The notes beneath the pieces were generated by a model. The model ran no database searches. It was given only the letters and a program-made list of their open reading frames with translations, and was not told where the DNA came from. A stretch of 64,000 nucleotides of DNA from Paraspadella gotoi (lineage: Eukaryota; Animalia; Chaetognatha). The number at the start of each line of letters is the position of its first letter. Position 1 is the stretch's first letter. A program made the position numbers and the translations under genes. Below, one piece after another: positions 57,501 to 64,000 of this stretch. The stretch covers positions 1,301,576-1,365,575 of the forward strand of contig JBJCIZ010000028.1 of the NCBI GenBank assembly GCA_051294375.1. Reading direction: 5' to 3'.

Positions 57501-60500
57501 TCCGTCACCTGTAATATGTTTAATTTAATTAAATTTATTATCCGTTGTAAATATTTGAATTTAATACAAGAAAGAGAAAGCGAGCGGGACGGCCCGATGG
57601 CCCGATGGCCCCGGTAATCAGAAGTGACCCAGTTTATTTCTGTTCACCGTTGACCTTACGGTGAATTCACGCTGATCCCTCACTCTCGTTAATCTGTTCG
57701 TTCGTTCGTTCCCCTGTTCGTTCGTTCATTCCCCAGTTCGTTCCCCAGTTCGCTAGTGGCCGAGTCTTAAAACTTTTCAACTCGATCGCAGTTTATGGCT
57801 GAGAAAGACTAAACTTTTAGGCCTAACGGGTGATATTGTGATAGTGAAAAAATGAAGAGTCGATAAAAATGATAGTGAATCAGCGGTGAAATAATTGATT
57901 CGCTTATCACTGAAACATCACGAACTCTTAATGATAAAAATGATAGAAAAGGATCGCAACTAAAAACGTGGTTTTTTTTTATAAATGACTACCAAAAAAT
58001 GTATTTCGTTAAAAAAAAAAAAAATTCTCCGATTAATTTTTTAAAGAGGAACGATTTCTGTCGACTCGGGATCGTCGGTTTTGGACCAAAGGTTACGCGT
58101 TCGATCCTTCCGCTTCCGCCGTCCCCTCCTTTCTTCTTCCCGTCATCTCTGACATTTTCTCCTGCGGAAAATCTCTTAATCTCTTGCGTCTCTGTTGCCA
58201 CGCCCACCCGTTGGCTCGACTCGAGGCCGACGCCGAACTACTCGCCGTTCGACCCGAATTGACGCCGACGTTAAACGAGCGTCAACTGCGGCGCGCGCGG
58301 TCCCGCTGTCTTCTCTACGCGACGGCGGTCGAAGCTGCAGTCCAGCGGCGCCGCGATGAGAAAGAAAGGGAAGAGCGCCGGCGCCGCGAAGAGGAGAAAG
58401 AGGGAACCAACGACGCCGAGTTCGAGACGCGGCGCCGGATGAGAATCTTGAAGGAAAAGATCGAAGCGAAGGAAGAAGAAGTGAGGAAGAAGAAGAGGAA
58501 AGAGTTTGAGGAATTAAAGAGAGAGATGGAGGAAGCGGAGAAGAGAAAGAAGAGAGAGAGAAAGGAAGAGAGAGACAGAGACGCGGAATTGATTAGAAAA
58601 ACGAAAGAAAAAGAGGAAGAGATGGAGACGAAAATCAAAGAAGAAATGATTCGATTCTACGAAGAAATGGAAGAGAAAGCGGAAGAGAGAGAGAGACGAG
58701 CTCTGTGGAGGTTGAAGAGGACGAACCTCGACGGCGAACGAAGAGAATTCTTAGCGGCGATCGTCGTAGAGGAAGGAAAAATGGCGGCGATGAAGAGGAG
58801 AGAGGAGACGGCGAAGTTGCCTTCGTGGGCCGCGGAGAGAATCGTCATGGAGAGAGAGGATAGAGAGGGAGAGAATGAAGAAGAGGTAGAGCGAGACGAT
58901 GTGACCGACTCCGTCTCCTTATCTCATATTCCACCGCCAATTGACTCTGGACTCGACTCCGCCTCCGCCGCCCGCTCCCTTCCTTCGTGGGCGTCGGCGG
59001 AGCGCGTCGCCTCCGCCGCTCTGGTCGTCGGAACTCGAGACGCCCTCGACGAGACGTTGGAGGAGATCGAGACGCCCGAAGATACGCCCACTCACGTCGT
59101 CGTCACCCCTCTGCCCGACCCCTTGCCCGCTTCGCCCGCCTCCGTGCCCGTCGAACTCAGAGCCTTTACACCAACGTCTTTCAAAAAATCCGTCCCTGGT
59201 CATCACGTGACTCAAGTTTCAAGCGAATTCTCTCTCGGCGTCGACGAACCAGAAACCGGCCAATCAGAGAGCCGCGCGAGATTCTCAGATCCGTCGCTCG
59301 ACCAATCAGAAGTGATAAAATCTCCAGAGCGAACGACGACGACCACAATGATGACCACAACGACCACCGACGAATTCTCCACCTCAATGACGGGTCGCTC
59401 CTGGACGCGAGGTTCGCCTTCGGGTCCACATCCTTCGAAATCCAGCGCGTTGTTTACGCTGAAGACGCTAGATGTCGCGGGGGTTCAAGAGGAGAGCGAT
59501 TATGGCCACGCCCATCGGATTAAAGCCGCTGACGCCGTTCGACCGACCGACTTGAACGTTAAACGATCGCGCTTGCGCGGCGCGTCTCATCCTTCTTACT
59601 CGACTGTCCAAAATCAACTCTACCCGTTCGACGACGACGAAAAGTCCAAGGTCATCTCCCGCGACGATCGTCCCAACGGCGATCGTCCCTGGGACGATCC
59701 GGTCGTCGTCGGCCTCTTCGCCGCCAGGCAGAGTCGGTTTCGCGACCGGTTTCTCGATTTCGACGTCGTCGCCGGAGCCGATCTGATGGGCGGCTCCGCG
59801 GCGGCGAAGGCTGCTGCTGCGGTGGATGACCCAGTTACGTCGAGAGTCTTGTTCGATAACTCGGCTGAACTACGTGTTGCTTCGGATGAGATGGACGACG
59901 ACGACAACCATGATCACTTGGGATCGTATTTGCCTTTCGTTTTGCGGTGAGTATTTTAAAAGAATATTTAAATTATAAATATAATTTTTACTCGTTTATC
60001 TTACGTTCATTTGCATATTGCTGTTTGTACAATTTTGACTTTCTCCGACGTGGTATAAATTTTCCGATTCTTTGGGGATAAACAGTTTTAATCAAAATCA
60101 CTGAATGCTTTTTTGGTTTGCTTTTTTGTATATTGTTTTTAACATATTAAAAGTATTAATGTTTTAGTATTAAGTAAAATCGTCCTTTATTTTGCCACTT
60201 AGAAACAAAAATCGATTCAACAATTCATAATAAAAAAATATCACAATCAACAATGAACATTTATACTTAAACATACGTATCTACATTAATATCTTTACTA
60301 TAATACATTAAACAACATGATCGTCAATTTAAGAATTAAATATTGATCCAAAGTTTATCTCTCCACGTGCGTCGTTTGTGTTAAGATCAAACTTAGCTTT
60401 AATTCTATAATGAAACCTCCGCTCACCCCCTGTTCCCCACCCCCTGTTCCCCACCCCCTGTTCCCCACCCCACCCCACTGGGTCCCACTTCCTCTTTAAA

Positions 60501-61851
60501 GTCGGTGCATCGAAGAGCCTCTCCGCACTCAGATCGGCCTCGTGGACGCGGCTGTGGTGGAGCTCTTCGAAGTCGACCTTCACGTGAGACGACACTTCGC
60601 TTCTCTGCGTCAATTCCTGCTCATGGAGGACGGAGAGTTCTCGCAGAGATTCTCCGACCAACTCTTCGAGAGGATCGCCGCCGCTCCACCAGGTTTCCAC
60701 AATTCTTGCTTGGCTTCCATTTGAAGTTAGGGAGGGGATTTTATATTGATTAGTCGTTCCTAATAATTAGTGGAAAACATCCCAGAAAACAAAACGAAAA
60801 ACGAGAGAGAAATATTTTAAAATGTTCAAATATTGAAATGAGATAGAGGAACCTTCTTTTCTCCCCCCCCCCTTCCCCACTATCTCTCTCTCCCTCCACC
60901 TCGTCTCTCCTCCAATCAGGACGCGCGCATTCCGTCCTCAACCCTCTCGTCCTCAACAACTTCCTCCGCGAGGCTCTTCGCGTCTCGTCTCGCGTCGACG
61001 CCGACGACCTCGATCGCTTCTCGCGTCTCTTGTCATTCGCCGTCAATTGGGNNNNNNNNNNCCTCGATCACTTCTCGCGTCTTTTGTCGTTCGCCGTCAA
61101 TTGGGGTGACGATGATCATCATTATAATAATTAATTAATTATAATTAATTATAATGATGCTGAAGATCATGTCTATTATCTCGATGTTCTGGATGTTGAT
61201 GTTGACGGTGAAGATGACAATAATGATGATGATTCACCGCTGTCAGCCTCAATTCTCAAAACTATCCCCCTGCCTTTTAACCCCCTCCCCCTTAAGACGA
61301 TCCCCAATCTGGTCTTCACTCCACCAAATCGCTGGCCAGCCTGGAGATCCGCTACTCCGTCCCCTGGCCTCTCAACGTCGTCATCTCTGAATCTTCGTTG
61401 ACCAAATACTCGAAGCTCTTCGCCTTTATGCTGCAGCTCAAACAGGTTTGCGGGCGAATGGCCAATTTGAGGATTTTCAATTTTAAATAAATGTAATAAT
61501 TTTTAAAAATTCTACAAAAACTTCCCCTGGTTTTATTGTATGAAAAATATTTTTTTTTATAATCTCGCATCGGTACATCGCCAATGGCCCCAGATGTAGT
61601 AATCGCTTTACCCAACCCATAAATTTGTGTAAAACGGAGGTTAACTGTATTCAATAATAATAATTAATGGCTATTTAACAATTTCCCTTTCCCTCATTCT
61701 ACCTCGAGGCCGTTTGGTATTTGAAGGACATTTTTCACTCGATGAAAAAAGTCTCCTTCAAATCTTCGTCGCCGCAAATTCACAAACTTCAATTGTTTCG
61801 TCACGAGATGCTTCACTTTGTCACCGTCGTTCAAAGCTTCATCGCCAATCA

Positions 61852-61897
<46 letters not shown>

Positions 61898-63008
61898 CGT
61901 GTGTGAGTAAGCGTTGTTGTTTTTTTTCTGGCTGAACGGAAAAAAAATCTGTTTCATTTTTGTAGCACGTTACTCAAATGTTTAAATCGCAATAGTATTT
62001 TGCCCACTTTCTTTTATTTCACTGATAAATAATGTTAAAGAGTTTGCGAAATTTTTACTTTTCCCGATGATTTGTCATTTTCTATAATTAATGGCCAAAT
62101 GGGCAAATTACTTCAATTTCATTATATTTTGAACTTTTTTCCTCCTTGAAATTCAATTGTCGCTCGCACAAGGTCATCCACAATTGTTGGAGCGAATTCA
62201 TGGATCGTCTCGATAAACACATCTACAACCTGGACAGCCTCTACACTGAACACGCCCAATACCTCAACACCGCCATTCAAAGATGCCTTCTCAATCCAAA
62301 GGTATCCACACAAATGAACATGCCTTTATTACTTAACAATTGCAACGATAACTCGTCGTTGTCATCGTCTTCTGATCCGGTTTACCCCTTAAACCTCACC
62401 CCCCCCCATCTCCCCCGGCCAGTCCGCCCGAGCGATGGACATCATCCAAGGGATCTTCGCGATCATCGAAAAATTCCGTCGACAACTTTTAGCTTTTCCC
62501 ATTTCTTCGCTGCAGACGACGGCGGGACATCCCAACTTCCAGGTGAAGGTGGAGGTTATCAAGTGTTCTCTGATCACTTCTTAACAAGCCAATGTTTTAT
62601 TAAACGAGTTACTTTTGAGAATTGTTGGACGGTTTCAAGTATCCTTTTAAATATTTGGAGTCCATCATCAGCATGAGTGAAACTGTAAACAACCGAGTAA
62701 TCATTCAGAAAATCAATCAATCGATCAATCTTCCTTCCTTCCTCTCTTGTTTTCAGTTCCTGACTGAGACTTACGAATCCTACGTGAAGCACTCGCACTT
62801 CCTCTTCCGTTGTGTCGCCAAGTTGGCCGACGTCGGCGGCCGACAACCGCATCTCTACGATTTCGTCTCCAGACTCAATTTCAATCAATTTTATCGAAGA
62901 GAAAAGCTTAAAAAAAAAAAAAAAAAAAAAAAAACTCGCCAATCGAGTTTCTCTGTGATATTATTCAAATGTTTATTCTTTCCGAACCGAGAGAGCGTTT
63001 TTATATAA
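51762..63008 (+). CDS. TUBGCP6: Gamma-tubulin complex component 6 (about 15 exons; 5' exons and stop position uncertain)
   Basis: DDLKLLLFGLES, GLVYQ|SFLNGIRRIL, DPYGEFGI, FWTKGY..FSCGKSLNLLRLCC, E/K/R coiled coil, HFASLRQFLLMEDGEFS, WPLNVVISE, LQLFRHEMLHFV, LNFNQFY. Confidence 0.88.
56837..56892 (-). ncRNA. Family C twister-like motif, 5'-truncated
   Basis: TAAG-AGT-GA-TGG-AGGACT-TAA-ACC-AC-aatg-CCTG-T-CCA-AA-GT-CAGG-gg-CAAGATA; shares downstream TATTGGTTGTACCAATTTCAT with the 42.3-kb copy. Confidence 0.65.
61052..61061. other. Assembly gap (10 N) inside a TUBGCP6 exon with duplicated flanks
   Basis: CCTCGATC(G/A)CTTCTCGCGTCT(C/T)TTGTC(A/G)TTCGCCGTCAATTGGG on both sides. Confidence 0.9.
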
Positions 63009-63317
63009 ATGTTTTTCCTTGTTTTCTCTTTTTCAGCCTTCGGAATAAAAACAAAAACAAAACAAATACGAACTAAATAAAAACCAATAAAAATCGAATT
63101 AAATAAGAAGAGAGAAAACTTATCGCGAAAAGTGAAAAGAAAATTTGAATCTGAACTCAACTCCTTCGAATCGAAAACACGATTACAATTGAACATTGCC
63201 AATTTTTTTATTTTATTTAAGTTTGAAAACAAATGGCGATTCGATGTCGATGACACAAAACAAAACAAATCGATATGACTTTAAAAATTCTTGTTGAGTT
63301 TCTCGATCTACATTTGA

Positions 63318-63348
63318 CTGATGAGTCCCGACTTCGTCAGACGATAAA
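63318..63348 (+). ncRNA. Possible degenerate hammerhead core
   Basis: CTGATGA-GTC-ccgacttcgtca-GAC-GATAAA; GAAA is disrupted. Confidence 0.3.
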
Positions 63349-63508
63349 GTTTTAAATAAACGACTAAATCAAATCTTTTTTTTTTTTTCACAAAATAAAA
63401 TTCGAAATTAATTAGTTTTTTGAAATCGGATTTTTTAATTGCTTTATGAAAAAAATTAAAATTTACTGTTCAAGCTGAAATAAAATAGGATTTTGACACA
63501 CACACACA

Positions 63509-63569
<61 letters not shown>

Positions 63570-63806
63570 AAAAAGACCTGTTTCAAAGATCGTTCTCGGT
63601 AAGAACCTGAGCCAACTTTCACTATTTAGAAAAAATTATAAACGAAGGTCAAGTTTGACAAGTTTAACTAAAATTGTTAGAATTAAAATTGAAAAGGCGA
63701 AGGTCCTTCTTCTCTTTCTTGTTCAAGTTTTAAAGAATAAAAGATTAAAATGGATTAAAGATTCACTTCGTTACAAAAAAAGAGAAATCTTCGTCCCTCT
63801 ATCTAT

Positions 63807-63857
<51 letters not shown>

Positions 63858-64000
63858 CGCGGCTCTGCCGAGCCCTGCCCCTCGACTCCTTACGACCGCG
63901 CCGAGGCTGTTCCTTTGTCTCCCGGTTGTAAACCAAAAAGTTTTTCCCCTTTTTCCTCATCCGATCATCGTCGTCGTCGTCGTCGTTCGGTAGTAAATTT

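Noticed and set aside
61008-61105. Exon duplication in TUBGCP6 (and a similar duplication at 29933-30150)
   Set aside because: The copies flank 10-N gaps and differ by a few SNPs, consistent with unmerged haplotype contig ends.
63493-63993. 166-aa ORF at the window end
   Set aside because: Built on (CT)n tracts with a TTG start; more likely promoter or 5'UTR of the next gene.

Overview
Gene-dense eukaryotic (metazoan, invertebrate-like) DNA with GC-rich exons, AT-rich introns and two 10-N gaps. There are 16 protein-coding genes in two divergent same-strand blocks. Minus strand: MTMR6/7/8 (3' end outside the window), GFM1 and a ~1,590-aa zinc-finger-like protein. Plus strand, 13 genes in a row: PPP2R1A, GPATCH3, SLC35B1, PDCD10, TRUB2, MTHFSD, IPO13, GET4, C12orf57, DTWD1, BYSL, MKKS, TUBGCP6. 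Spacers are short and most contain unpaired acceptor-like sites, suggesting operons with trans-splicing. The most notable observation is a set of short intronic elements (~200-260 bp when intact) with TG/TA...CA/TA ends, 4-bp target-site duplications, a tRNA-like Pol III head and a circularly permuted (type-P5) twister ribozyme fold. That fold is supported by covariation across three sequence families and has a loop-less palindromic P1. Also present: Penelope-type minimal hammerhead relics, a CCA-ended tRNA-Lys retrocopy with a 13-bp TSD, and MITEs. Gene identities come from recalled protein similarity and all RNA folds were paired by eye; no searches or folding programs were run.
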